Origin: an uncultured Desulfobacter sp.
GTDB lineage: Bacteria > Desulfobacterota > Desulfobacteria > Desulfobacterales > Desulfobacteraceae
Length of the DNA stretch: 64,000 bases
Direction of reading: 5' to 3'
Assembly (NCBI GenBank): GCA_963665095.1
Contig: OY762069.1
Span: forward strand, 2,816,001-2,880,000
The translations under genes were made by a program, and so were the position numbers. Below, one piece after another: positions 10,256-19,992 of the stretch. The notes below the pieces were generated by a model. The model was not told the DNA's origin, searched no databases, and worked only from the letters and a program-made list of their open reading frames with translations. Every line of letters starts with the position of its first letter. Position 1 is the stretch's first letter.

Positions 10256-10579
10256 AGACACCCCCCCAAACAAAAAAACCGCGACGTTCCTAAAAAACGC
10301 TCTATTTTTATACCACAGACCTGCAAGCAGGTATCATTTTTTTACGGTTTTGCAGGAAGTCCTTTTGTCTTCAATCAAATACTTCATCTGAAAAATTAAA
10401 TCCGTCTTTCGCAGAAGTTAAGATATTTCTTTTTAAAAATAAAAAAAATATCGTTGGAAGGTGCCCAGTGTTTGGACGTAAAATGTAAGGTCGGGAATCT
10501 GGTGCCCCCGCTCTTCTCTGATGGCGAGGGCACCTGCTGGGAAACGAAGTTTCCGGGGTAAAAGAAAGGTTAAAGAGAG

Positions 10580-10759
10580 TTAGAGCCCCGGGTAGTTCTC
10601 GGGGGCACATTCATCTCCGGCACGAAGCTGCATACCCAAATCTGCGTTGTAATCTGCATCAGCACGTGCATCGTATCTGTTGTCAAACCCACAGACCGGG
10701 CAAAGGCTTGTGTCGGGGGACAACATCATGCCGCAATCTTTGCATAAATCTCCAGGCAT
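10580..10759 (-). CDS. Small zinc-ribbon protein (59 aa), below ORF-track cutoff
   Basis: AGGAGG RBS then MPGDLCKDCGMMLSPDTSLCPVCGFDNRYDARADADYNADLGMQLRAGDECAPENYPGL*, with two CxxC motifs. Confidence 0.8.
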   Translation of the reverse strand: MPGDLCKDCGMMLSPDTSLCPVCGFDNRYDARADADYNADLGMQLRAGDECAPENYPGL

Positions 10760-10895
10760 AGTTTCCTCCTTTTAAATAAATTACAGAATAACTTTTAAGA
10801 CAACCATTCACTTTGAATAGAAGCAAAACCTTTTCTTAAGGCAGGATCAAATAATATTAACCACTAATTTAATATTGTCAAGGGCAGTTGCACAT

Positions 10896-11480
10896 TTATT
10901 GGAACTGCTCCATGGTTCTTCCTTTTTCAATAACCACCTTAAGTTCCTCAATATTTCTGTCATACTGGGTAAAAACAGCTTCAAGTTTTTGGACCGTGTC
11001 ATCATCCCCGCCGACCAAATACCGTGCCTTGTCCAGTAAGCGTTTCTGGACCTGTCTGAAATTTTCCATCTCTTTTAATAATATTTTTCGGTTTTCATGT
11101 TTTTCTTTTTCTCGGGCAATCACCGGGTCAAGCTGCCGGATGGATAATTCAACCAGAACATCCCGGGGCAGTTTGTATTCCCTTGCAAAGGTATCCAGGG
11201 TACTTAAGCAGTTCTTGCTCAAGACAAACGTTTTCTGGCGGCGATGATCCTTTTCAGGTTGATATGCCTGTGCCTCATCGGCAATCCGGTTAAATATATT
11301 TTCATTTTCAACCAGATGGTCAAATATGGATTTCTGTTTCACGCCGAGCTGACTTGCCACAGTGGTGATTACATTTATAGTGTTTTTTGGCAATGTGAAC
11401 GTGGCCCGGACCGACTGCATCCCTTTGAGTGCATCCAAAGAAAAATCATTGGGCTCTTCTTTTATTTTTGAATTATTCAT
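10896..11480 (-). CDS. Hypothetical protein with tandem ribbon-helix-helix-like repeats and a coiled coil; candidate regulator
   Basis: Strong RBS. Two similar segments, VRATFTLPKNTINVITTVASQLGV and RQKTFVLSKNCLSTLDTFAREYKL. Divergent from the Hsp20 genes. Confidence 0.65.
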   Translation of the reverse strand: MNNSKIKEEPNDFSLDALKGMQSVRATFTLPKNTINVITTVASQLGVKQKSIFDHLVENENIFNRIADEAQAYQPEKDHRRQKTFVLSKNCLSTLDTFAREYKLPRDVLVELSIRQLDPVIAREKEKHENRKILLKEMENFRQVQKRLLDKARYLVGGDDDTVQKLEAVFTQYDRNIEELKVVIEKGRTMEQFQ

Positions 11481-11505
11481 GGCGCGTTCCTCCTTATTTA
11501 ATAAG

Positions 11506-11591
11506 AAACTAATTGATGCATATTACTTTGTCAATTAAAATTGAAAAAATAATGAAAACTATATTGACAGAAAATCTTTTATGCCTATTTT
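11506..11591. promoter_or_regulatory. Back-to-back sigma70-type promoters
   Basis: Minus strand TTGACA (11534-11529) + 17 nt + TAGTTT. Plus strand TTGACA (11564-11569) + 16 nt + TATTTT. Confidence 0.55.
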
Positions 11592-11666
11592 ACTTTCAAA
11601 CAACGGAAGGCAGGTCAACACCGCCTGACGAGAAACTTAAAACCACAATTAAAAGGAGTCGGAACT

Positions 11667-12113
11667 ATGTTTGCAAGAATGAATGACATCGACAGAATGT
11701 TTGGAGCCATGGATCTGCTCCGTGGCAGAATGGACAGACTTTTCAACGAATTTGACAAGGCATACCTGCACGGACCGTCCTTCACCCTGGGCACCAGCTC
11801 CCCGAGGACCAACCTTCTGGAAAAAGGCGACCGCTTTGAAGTACAGGCAGAAATTCCAGGGCTTGCCAAAGAGGACCTGACAATCAAAATCCAGGGCAAT
11901 TACCTTGAGATCAGCGGAAAACGTGCCGTAGTCGCACCGGAAGGCTACAAAGCCCACAGGAATGAAAGAGCAGAAACTTCCTTCTCCCGCAGTTTCACCC
12001 TCCCCGATGAGGTGGATGCGGAAAAAGTTGAGGCAACGCTCAAGGACGGGATCCTTCATCTGTCACTGCCAAAGTCAGAAACGGCCAAACCCAGACAGAT
12101 CACCATCAATTAA
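11667..12113 (+). CDS. Hsp20/alpha-crystallin small heat-shock protein
   Basis: AEIPGLAKEDL, FSRSFTLP, ATLKDGILHLSLPK. Confidence 0.96.
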   Translation: MFARMNDIDRMFGAMDLLRGRMDRLFNEFDKAYLHGPSFTLGTSSPRTNLLEKGDRFEVQAEIPGLAKEDLTIKIQGNYLEISGKRAVVAPEGYKAHRNERAETSFSRSFTLPDEVDAEKVEATLKDGILHLSLPKSETAKPRQITIN

Positions 12114-12141
12114 TATATATGATTAAAGCCAGGAGGTTATC

Positions 12142-12528
12142 ATGAGTGACAGAAAAGATATCGCAAAAAAAGAGAACAATGCCATTGAAAAAACCCGTGC
12201 ATTAAGATCCGTTACCCCGTCAGTTGACATCTATGAAAACGATCAGGAAATTCTTTTGATCGCAGACATGCCGGGGGTCCACAAAGACAATGTCACGGTG
12301 AATATTGACAACGGCACCCTTTCCATCTCCGGTGTCCGACGGATGGACAACCAGGGCGCCACCACCTGGGAAGAGTTTACGGATGTGGAATATGCCAGGA
12401 ATTTCTCCATCCCCCAGACCATTGATGTGGAAAAGGTAAAAGCAGAGCTTAAAGACGGCGTTCTCACGCTTCATCTGCCGAAATCAGAAGCAGCAAAACC
12501 CAGACTGATCGAAATCAAAGCAGCATAA
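12142..12528 (+). CDS. Hsp20/alpha-crystallin small heat-shock protein
   Basis: PSVDIYE, ADMPGV, AELKDGVLTLHLPK. Confidence 0.96.
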   Translation: MSDRKDIAKKENNAIEKTRALRSVTPSVDIYENDQEILLIADMPGVHKDNVTVNIDNGTLSISGVRRMDNQGATTWEEFTDVEYARNFSIPQTIDVEKVKAELKDGVLTLHLPKSEAAKPRLIEIKAA

Positions 12529-12552
12529 GCCCCATGCCATCTTCTTTCTGCC

Positions 12553-12589
12553 GGGCGGGTGCGCCCCTAAAACAGGGTCGCGCCCGCCC
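12553..12589. other. GC-rich intercistronic hairpin
   Basis: GGGCGGGTGCG...CGCGCCCGCCC between hsp20 genes 2 and 3, with no U-tract on the plus strand. Confidence 0.5.
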
Positions 12590-12627
12590 AAAACACTGAA
12601 CCCTTTAAGCAAAAAAGGAGATGAAAA

Positions 12628-13200
12628 ATGAACGTAAAAAAATTAGCACCATGGAACTGGTTTAAAAAAGAGGAAAACCTTAGCGGGCATGACGTGCCTG
12701 TCAAACAGCCTGAAGGGAAACAGAATCTTGATGAATTTTCTCCGGACCTGTGGAATGGATTCAATGATGATTTTAACCGGCTGATCAATCACTTTTTCAA
12801 CGGATTTGAAGTATCGGCTTTCAGGCCCTGGTCAGGCAGGGGTGAACAGATCGCCTCCAATGTTTTAAAACCCAGCCTGGACTTGAGTGCCACCGGCAAG
12901 TCGTACATCATTGCCATGGAAATTCCGGGTGTAAGCAGTGAAGATATTAATATTGAACTGGATCGGAACACCCTTATCATCCGCGGCGAAAAAAGGCAGA
13001 ACAATGAGGAAAAGAACAAAAACTATTACAGGATGGAAAGAAGTTACGGTGCATTTCAGCGTACCCTGTCCCTGCCCCGGGATGCAGATCAGTCAAAGGT
13101 GAATGCCCGGTTTAAGAAAGGTGTGTTGACAATTACTCTGCCCCGGGTCAAAACAGATAATAAAAAGACAAGGCAGATTGACATAAAATATGCTGCCTGA
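12628..13200 (+). CDS. Hsp20/alpha-crystallin small heat-shock protein
   Basis: KLAPWNWFKKE N-terminus, ERSYGAFQRTLSLP, FKKGVLTITLP. Confidence 0.96.
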   Translation: MNVKKLAPWNWFKKEENLSGHDVPVKQPEGKQNLDEFSPDLWNGFNDDFNRLINHFFNGFEVSAFRPWSGRGEQIASNVLKPSLDLSATGKSYIIAMEIPGVSSEDINIELDRNTLIIRGEKRQNNEEKNKNYYRMERSYGAFQRTLSLPRDADQSKVNARFKKGVLTITLPRVKTDNKKTRQIDIKYAA

Positions 13201-13256
13201 CGCCGGCAGGCAATCCTGCCGGAATCATTTCAATACAACCATTACGGAGGCATCAT

Positions 13257-13853
13257 ATGCCGGACTCAAAAACGGCCGGGGGGCAAAAGGCCCCGAAGGG
13301 CGCAGGCAAAAGCAGTTTTGAACTGATTAACACGGACACTTTTCAAAGTATGCTGCCCATACAAGAAGGGGCAACAGTGCTGGATTTAGCCTGCGGCAAA
13401 GGACTTTACTCACTATTTCTTGCCCCCCTTGCCGGAGAAAAAGGGCGCATTTATGCCGCAGATCTGTGGGAACAAGGCCTTGAAATGCTTGAACAGGAGG
13501 CCAAAGAAAAGGATATCACCACCATCCGTACCATGAAAACAGACGCCACCGAAAAAGTGGACATAGACCCGCATAGTATTGACCTGTGCCTGATGGCGAC
13601 CGTGCTGCATGATTTTAAGGAGATGAATGCGGCAGAAAAAGTCTTAGATCAGGTGAAAAATCTGCTTAAACCAGGGGGCTGTCTTGCGGTGGTTGAATTC
13701 AAAAAAATAGACGGACCTCCCGGTCCGCCTGTTCACATCCGTCTGACCCCGGATGAAACCAAGAGGCTTGCCACCGATTCCGGATACACAGCAATCGAGT
13801 CAGCTGATCTTGGTGAATATAATTACCTGATGACCTTTAAGGCCCCTGAATAG
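13257..13853 (+). CDS. Class I SAM-dependent methyltransferase
   Basis: VLDLACGKG motif I, LKPGG, GPPGPP. Confidence 0.9.
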   Translation: MPDSKTAGGQKAPKGAGKSSFELINTDTFQSMLPIQEGATVLDLACGKGLYSLFLAPLAGEKGRIYAADLWEQGLEMLEQEAKEKDITTIRTMKTDATEKVDIDPHSIDLCLMATVLHDFKEMNAAEKVLDQVKNLLKPGGCLAVVEFKKIDGPPGPPVHIRLTPDETKRLATDSGYTAIESADLGEYNYLMTFKAPE

Positions 13854-14685
13854 AAACGACTACCTCGTGAAGGATTTCAAAAAACTGCTGGGGCTCCATG
13901 CCATTATCTTCAGCTATTTGTCGGATTGTATTTTCCGGGTTTGCTTTTATGTTTTTATCAGCAAGCCCGGATATGATTTTCCCGCTGTCCAAACCGTGCT
14001 TTTCACATAACTCTTTTAAAATAGTTTTTCCAATTCCTGGAAAGGGCACATCCGGGAACGGCGGGATATTGCCATCCGAAGGTTTGACGTCCGGCGGCTG
14101 CATGGCCGCATAGACATCCCGGGGGGTGCAGTTATTTGCCTTGGCAATTTCAAGCAGGGTCTGTCTGTCACTTTGAAAAACCATATTAGACGTTTCAAGT
14201 GCGGCCTTTATGGTTTCAAGGTCCAGGCCGGTGCGTTTGGCAAACATTTTTAATGAAGAAAGTTCTGCATGACCGTAAGGCGGCTCACCGTACTTCCGCG
14301 CCCCGGCATCTTTAAATGAGGCACTGAAGTCAAGGATCGTACTCATGGGTGGAATATGCAAAAGGGTGCCCGCGGTAAATATTACTGTGATAATCAGGGC
14401 GACATTGAAATCCGGGGTGAAGACCTTGATCTGCTTTGCTTTATTTTTCATATAGGCAAGTATGGGGTTCCAGTTGTAGTACAGGTGTAAAAAGCCTGCC
14501 AGAAGAAACAACACGCCAAGATTAATGTGAACGTCTCCCCACTGGCTTTTGCTCAACCCCATAAATTGCCAGTCCGACCAGTACGCCACCCGTCCCTCCG
14601 GAACGACATATAGAACTATGCTGGTTACAATCAGCAGAATAAAAGATAAAAGCATGGTCAATGAGGTTATTTTTCTAAGTTTCAT
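13837..14685 (-). CDS. DUF4405-domain membrane protein (cytochrome b-like His pair)
   Basis: TSIVLYVVPEGRVAYW...WGDVHINLG...HLYYNW pattern. RBS GGAGG before MKLRK. Confidence 0.8.
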   Translation of the reverse strand: MKLRKITSLTMLLSFILLIVTSIVLYVVPEGRVAYWSDWQFMGLSKSQWGDVHINLGVLFLLAGFLHLYYNWNPILAYMKNKAKQIKVFTPDFNVALIITVIFTAGTLLHIPPMSTILDFSASFKDAGARKYGEPPYGHAELSSLKMFAKRTGLDLETIKAALETSNMVFQSDRQTLLEIAKANNCTPRDVYAAMQPPDVKPSDGNIPPFPDVPFPGIGKTILKELCEKHGLDSGKIISGLADKNIKANPENTIRQIAEDNGMEPQQFFEILHEVVVSIQGP

Positions 14686-14754
14686 TGCAACTCCCTCCTG
14701 TAAATTTTCATCAATCCGAGCAGACACCCGGACCGGTTCAGTCAAACTCAAAAA

Positions 14755-15567
14755 CTATGTTTCATTAGAGGATGGTTCATAGGGGTTCAGGCTAAGCACC
14801 TGAATATCGTTTCCCCGGGCCAGCCATTTAAGATCAAAGTCAAAGAGCCGGATGCCGTAAACCCGACCCTGTTCCGGGCCGTTCACCTTTGTAATATCCT
14901 GGGCACTCCCGCTGTTATCCCCCAAACGGTGACTGCCGCAATAGGCAGGCCGGGGGTCATTTTCCAGCACCTGGGTAATGATGGTGGTAAGATCAGAAAT
15001 TTTTTTTTCCTTCTCCCGTATCTGGGCTAAGGCCTGGTCTGAAAAACTAACCCGGCATTTTTCCGTATCAGGAGCCGGGGCAAATCCGTCTTCGGCCTCG
15101 GCCAGACAGTCTGAATAGGGCAGGTAGGGTTTGATATCCAGAATAGGGGTGCCGTCCAGGATATCCACACCAGTCAGATGAAGTACCGGCCCTTTGGCTG
15201 TATATTCCACCTGTTCAAGTTTTACACATGACATGCCAATGGGATTGGGTCTGAATGGCGACCGGGAGGCAAAGACCCCGACCTTTTTATTTCCCCCGAG
15301 CCGTGGAGGACGCACCATGGGGGACCACTGGCGGTTCTTTTTTGCCTTATGAAATAAAAAAATCAGCCAGATGTGGGAAAATTGTTCAAGGCCCCTGACA
15401 GCCTCGGGCCTTGCATATTCAGATGAAAACACCAGCACCCCCGGTGCCCGGTCTGCAAGATTGGGCTGACGGGGGATACCGAATTTTTCTTTAAAACAGG
15501 TGTGTACCGTGCCGATGGGTGTCAGACCAACAGGATCCAACCCAATGCCATCTAAATAGACGGCCAC
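14755..15567 (-). CDS. tsaA: tRNA (N6-threonylcarbamoyladenosine(37)-N6)-methyltransferase TrmO, full length
   Basis: KEKFGIPRQP, VRPPRLGGNKKVGVFASRSPFRPNPIG, DGTPILDIKPYLP, DPRPAY. Confidence 0.93.
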   Translation of the reverse strand: MAVYLDGIGLDPVGLTPIGTVHTCFKEKFGIPRQPNLADRAPGVLVFSSEYARPEAVRGLEQFSHIWLIFLFHKAKKNRQWSPMVRPPRLGGNKKVGVFASRSPFRPNPIGMSCVKLEQVEYTAKGPVLHLTGVDILDGTPILDIKPYLPYSDCLAEAEDGFAPAPDTEKCRVSFSDQALAQIREKEKKISDLTTIITQVLENDPRPAYCGSHRLGDNSGSAQDITKVNGPEQGRVYGIRLFDFDLKWLARGNDIQVLSLNPYEPSSNET

Positions 15568-17363
15568 AATGTTTCCAGTTCTTTAAGCCGGGATTCAAAG
15601 TGCAGCACCGTGGCCTCTATGGGCTCGGTGGCGGACATATCCACGCCTGCAATTTTCAGTTCATCAATGGGGAACATGGAGCCGCCAAGTCCCAGGAAAG
15701 AGTGGTAGGCATCCACTGCAGGCCGGCCTTTTTCTTTAATCTGAGCGGCAATACCTAATGCGGCAGCAAGGCCTGTGGCATATTTGTACACGTAAAAGGA
15801 CGAATAAAAGTGAGGAATTCTCATGCATTCCAGGGATAACGCCTCATCAATGACCATTTTGTCCCCGAAATAGATATCCAGCAGGTCTTTGTATACGGTG
15901 GTGAAGGTGTCAACGGTCAACGCCCTGTTTTCCCCGGCCAGACCATGGACAATATGCTCAAACTCAGCAAACATGGTCTGCCTGTAAAACGTGGCCCGGA
16001 TATTGTCGATTTCCCGATTCAGGATATAGGCCTTCATTTTCGGGTCATCTGTGTATTTTTTCAAAAGATATTGGGACAGCAGGGTTTCATTCAGGGTGGA
16101 GGCCACCTCAGCTACAAAAATCGTATACCCGTGGGTGGGATAGGGCTGGGTCTTGTTTGAAAACCAGGTGTGCATGGAGTGGCCGGCCTCATGGATCAGG
16201 GTAAAAAGACTGTTGATTGAATCCGGATCATAATTGAGAAGGATGTAGGGGTTGGAATCGTAACATCCGGATGAATAGGCCCCGTTTCGCTTTCCTTTAT
16301 TTTCATACCGGTCCACCCAGCCCTGAAGCAGTCCTTGTTCAAGGGTGGTGCAATAGTCGTCTCCCAAAGGGCCTAAGGCTTCAAGGCAGGTTTCCACGGC
16401 CTGTTCATAATCCATGTGAAAGGGGATGTCCTGCACCATCTGAACATAGGTGTCGTACATGTGCAGTTCATCCAGATGCAAGGCGTTTTTCCTGAAATCA
16501 AGATACCGGTAAAGCGGTGACAGCCCCATTTTTACGCTGGCGATAAGATTGTCATACACGGTTTCAGGCACATTGTCTGCAAACAGGGCTGCTTTGCGGG
16601 CGGAATCAAAACGGCGGGCCCGGGCCCAGAAAAGATCTTTTTTAACCGCAGAGGCTAAAGTAGCAGCAATGGCATGCCGGTGGCTGTTGTAAACCTCATA
16701 ATACTGGTCAAACACGGTTTTGCGAAGGCTGCGGTCCCCCTGTCCCAGAAAGGTAATAAAATTTCCGTGGGTCAAAGGTGAAGGCTTTCCGTTTGGATCG
16801 GTGATTGTACCGAAATCAAGGTCTGCATTATCAAGCTGGGAGAAAATTCTTTGGGGGGCACCAAGGCTTTCGGCAGCCATGGCTAAAAGCTGTTCCGTAT
16901 CAGCATCTCTTGTGTGGGGAATATTTCTGATAATCTGTTCCAGGTAAAACCGGTATTGGGAAAATGTCTCCATTTCCAGAATCCGGGTCAGCTGTTCAGA
17001 GGGAATGGTCTGGATTTCAGGCGGAATAAAACTGGACGCTTCACCAATACGGGAATAAAGGTTGACGGCCCGCTGGAACATTCCTTCATTATCCGAATTG
17101 GTTTTATCCTCATCGTTTTTTAAATGGGCATAGGTATAGAGCCGCTCGATATCCCGGCCCACTTCATGGTCGAATTCAATGCAGGCCAGAAGCGATTCAG
17201 GGCTTTGTGCAAGGGTCCCTTTGAACTTCTCATATTCGGGCAGCTTTTGTTCAAGAGATTGAAATAACGTATCCCACGCATCTGTATTGTCAAACATGGG
17301 GGACAGATCCCAGCAGTAATCCTTTGAAACATCTTTTCTTGGGGCGTCCGGCGAATGAACCAT
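15552..17363 (-). CDS. pepF: Oligoendopeptidase F
   Basis: WDLSPMF, GKRNGAYS, HEAGHSMH, FVAEVAS, IPHFYSSFYVYKYATG. Confidence 0.96.
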   Translation of the reverse strand: MVHSPDAPRKDVSKDYCWDLSPMFDNTDAWDTLFQSLEQKLPEYEKFKGTLAQSPESLLACIEFDHEVGRDIERLYTYAHLKNDEDKTNSDNEGMFQRAVNLYSRIGEASSFIPPEIQTIPSEQLTRILEMETFSQYRFYLEQIIRNIPHTRDADTEQLLAMAAESLGAPQRIFSQLDNADLDFGTITDPNGKPSPLTHGNFITFLGQGDRSLRKTVFDQYYEVYNSHRHAIAATLASAVKKDLFWARARRFDSARKAALFADNVPETVYDNLIASVKMGLSPLYRYLDFRKNALHLDELHMYDTYVQMVQDIPFHMDYEQAVETCLEALGPLGDDYCTTLEQGLLQGWVDRYENKGKRNGAYSSGCYDSNPYILLNYDPDSINSLFTLIHEAGHSMHTWFSNKTQPYPTHGYTIFVAEVASTLNETLLSQYLLKKYTDDPKMKAYILNREIDNIRATFYRQTMFAEFEHIVHGLAGENRALTVDTFTTVYKDLLDIYFGDKMVIDEALSLECMRIPHFYSSFYVYKYATGLAAALGIAAQIKEKGRPAVDAYHSFLGLGGSMFPIDELKIAGVDMSATEPIEATVLHFESRLKELETLWPSI

Positions 17364-17554
17364 AATAATCTCCTTTGGCTGATGAATGAACCGTTTGCTG
17401 GTATCTGGTTAGGTTATTAAGCCCGGCTTGTCAAGGAAGAACGTTTTCCCATACACCCGAAAAAAATTCGCTGGATCAAACAAAAACGCATGGGCAATGG
17501 TTTTAACTTTTTTGTCGCGGTGTCTTAAACTGTGGTGGGGATTTTCCAAAGAAA

Positions 17555-17677
17555 AAGGGGGCTGTTTATCGGGTTTTGCGGGGGAGGGAGTGGGATGGGC
17601 ATTTATTGGTGGTATGCTTTAAGTTATCTTTATTTTTGGTGCCAATCCAAAAAAGGATTTTGATAAACAGCCCCCTT
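17555..17677. repeat. 123-bp segment bounded by perfect 16-bp inverted repeats (MITE-like)
   Basis: AAGGGGGCTGTTTATC (17555-17570) / GATAAACAGCCCCCTT (17662-17677). Confidence 0.55.
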
Positions 17678-17754
17678 CTTTATGGTAGAAAGGATAGGTT
17701 ATTTATGTTAGTTAGTAAAATTAAAACCTTTAAATCTTAGATTAATATTTTCTA

Positions 17755-18717
17755 ATGATACCAGACTTAAATCGGCTCAAGGTATTTTATTACGTATTCA
17801 CCCATCTCAGTGTGGCACTTGCCGCCAAAGAACTAAATATCAGTTCGTCAGCCGTCAGCCAGTCCCTGGCCAAACTGGAAGGTGAACTAAAAACAGCGCT
17901 ATTCACCCGGCTGCACAGAAAGCTGGTTCCCACAATCGCCGGAGAGCAGCTGTTCAAGATAACCGCACCCTTTGTCCGGGACCTCCAGACGGGCGTTGCC
18001 AACATTCTCAAAGCGAAAAAGGCACCCTCGGGACTGATCCGCATCGGTGCGCCCATTGAATTCGGCAAACACTATTTTCCAAGTGTGTTTGCCGCCTTCA
18101 GGTATGAATATCCGGATGTTACTTTTTCCTTGAAACTGGGAAATTCCGATACGATTCTTTCCATGCTGCGCTCGGGGGATATCGATTTCGGCCTGGTGGA
18201 TATTTTATTTACCGGAGATTCAAACAGTCCGGACTTTGACATTTTCGCCATAGAGCCATTGATTGACGAGCAGTTAAGCCTTACCTGCTCAAAGGCTTTT
18301 TATGACGAATTCATCCAAAAAGATCACTCCTATCAAAACCTGGTTATAAGAAATTTCATCTCCTACCAGGACAGCTCCCTGCCCCTGCGGCAGTGGTTCA
18401 GGCATCATTTTAACCGGTACTCCCCCAAGCTGAACCGGGTTGTGACCGTTGACAGCCATCAGGCAGTCATTAACTGTATCATGCTGGATATGGGGTTAGG
18501 GGTACTGTCCAGACACATTGTGGCCCAGGAAATAAAAAGAAAGCAAATCGTTCCCATTACCACCGGAAAAACAGACATCATTAATAAAATTTCCCTGGCT
18601 CAACTCCAAAGCAAAGTCCCAAGCCTCACCGAAAAAACCTTTATCCGGTTTCTGACCAGGGATATTCGCGAGTCAGGCATGGCCGCTGAGTTTGGTCCGC
18701 CCTCAAAGGAGGGATAA
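17755..18717 (+). CDS. LysR-family transcriptional regulator
   Basis: N-terminal HTH (AAKELNISSSAVSQSLAKLE...LFTR) and LysR substrate-binding domain. Confidence 0.95.
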   Translation: MIPDLNRLKVFYYVFTHLSVALAAKELNISSSAVSQSLAKLEGELKTALFTRLHRKLVPTIAGEQLFKITAPFVRDLQTGVANILKAKKAPSGLIRIGAPIEFGKHYFPSVFAAFRYEYPDVTFSLKLGNSDTILSMLRSGDIDFGLVDILFTGDSNSPDFDIFAIEPLIDEQLSLTCSKAFYDEFIQKDHSYQNLVIRNFISYQDSSLPLRQWFRHHFNRYSPKLNRVVTVDSHQAVINCIMLDMGLGVLSRHIVAQEIKRKQIVPITTGKTDIINKISLAQLQSKVPSLTEKTFIRFLTRDIRESGMAAEFGPPSKEG

Positions 18718-19974
18718 TCAACTCCTGATCTGGCCATCCCCCCATGCCACAAACTTTGTGGTGGTCAGCTCTTTAATCCCCATGGGACCGTAGGCATGCA
18801 GCTTTGAGGTAGAAATGCCGATTTCAGCACCTAAGCCCAGTTCACCGCCGTCATTAAAACGGGTGGAAGCATTAACGATTACAAGGGAGGCATCCACTTC
18901 CCGGATAAAACGCCGGGACCGGTTCAGGTCTTTGGTAATAATGGCTTCGGTGTGATTGGATCCGTATGCGGCAATGTGTGCCATGGCATCATCCATGTCT
19001 TTGACCACTTTCACGGCCAGAATCAAATCCAGGTATTCCATGGGCCAGTCCTCTTCTGTGGCAGGCTGGGCATCCGGCAGAATTGTACAGGTTTTTGGAC
19101 ATCCCTTCAGGGTCACACCGGCATCAGACAAGGCCTTGTTCGCCATGGGCAGAAACCTTTCAGCCAGTCCTTCATGCACAAGCAAGGTCTCCAGGGCATT
19201 ACATACTCCCGGGCGCTGGGCCTTGGCATTGACCACAATATTTACAGCCATGTCCAGATCTGCCAAATCATCCACATAGGCATGGCACACCCCTTTGTAA
19301 TGTTTGAGAACCGGAATACTGGAAGCAGCCACAACGTGCCGGATCAAACCTTCTCCACCCCGGGGAATAATCAAATCAATGTACGCTTCCTGTTTGAGCA
19401 TGATATCCACCGCTGCCCGGTCTGCCGTGGGAATAACCTGGACAGCTCCTGCCGGCAGGCCTTCCGAAGAGATCCCTTTTTCAATCACCCGGGCCAGGGC
19501 CTGGTTCGAATGGATGGCTTCCGAGCCCCCACGCAGGATCACGGCATTTCCGGCTTTCAGGCAGAGTCCTGCAGCATCCACGGTAACATTGGGCCGTGAT
19601 TCGTAAATAATACCGATGACACCCAAAGGAATACGCATACGTGCCATTTCGAGCCCATTGGGCCGAATGGACGAATCCGACAAGGTCCCCACAGGGTCCT
19701 GGAGCCCTGCCACATATTCCAACCCCTCCACCATGCTGTTGAGCACCTTATCCGTAATGGTCAGCCGGTCAATCATGGCATTGGACAATCCGTTAACCCG
19801 GGCCTTTTCCACATCTTTGGCATTTTCCGCATGGATAACCTCTTTATCGGCCTTCAGCTGCCGGGCAATGGCAAAAAGTGCATTATTTTTCTGTGCTGCA
19901 GACAGTGTCGCCATAATCCGGGCCGCGGCCCGTGCCTGTTTTGCAATATCAATAATCTGCGTTTCCAATGACAT
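18718..19974 (-). CDS. proA: Gamma-glutamyl phosphate reductase
   Basis: PLGVIGIIYESRPNVT, IPRGGEGLI, VCNALET, GAEIGISTSKLHAYGPMG. Confidence 0.98.
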   Translation of the reverse strand: MSLETQIIDIAKQARAAARIMATLSAAQKNNALFAIARQLKADKEVIHAENAKDVEKARVNGLSNAMIDRLTITDKVLNSMVEGLEYVAGLQDPVGTLSDSSIRPNGLEMARMRIPLGVIGIIYESRPNVTVDAAGLCLKAGNAVILRGGSEAIHSNQALARVIEKGISSEGLPAGAVQVIPTADRAAVDIMLKQEAYIDLIIPRGGEGLIRHVVAASSIPVLKHYKGVCHAYVDDLADLDMAVNIVVNAKAQRPGVCNALETLLVHEGLAERFLPMANKALSDAGVTLKGCPKTCTILPDAQPATEEDWPMEYLDLILAVKVVKDMDDAMAHIAAYGSNHTEAIITKDLNRSRRFIREVDASLVIVNASTRFNDGGELGLGAEIGISTSKLHAYGPMGIKELTTTKFVAWGDGQIRS

Positions 19975-19992
19975 ATTACCATTCTCCTTTTA

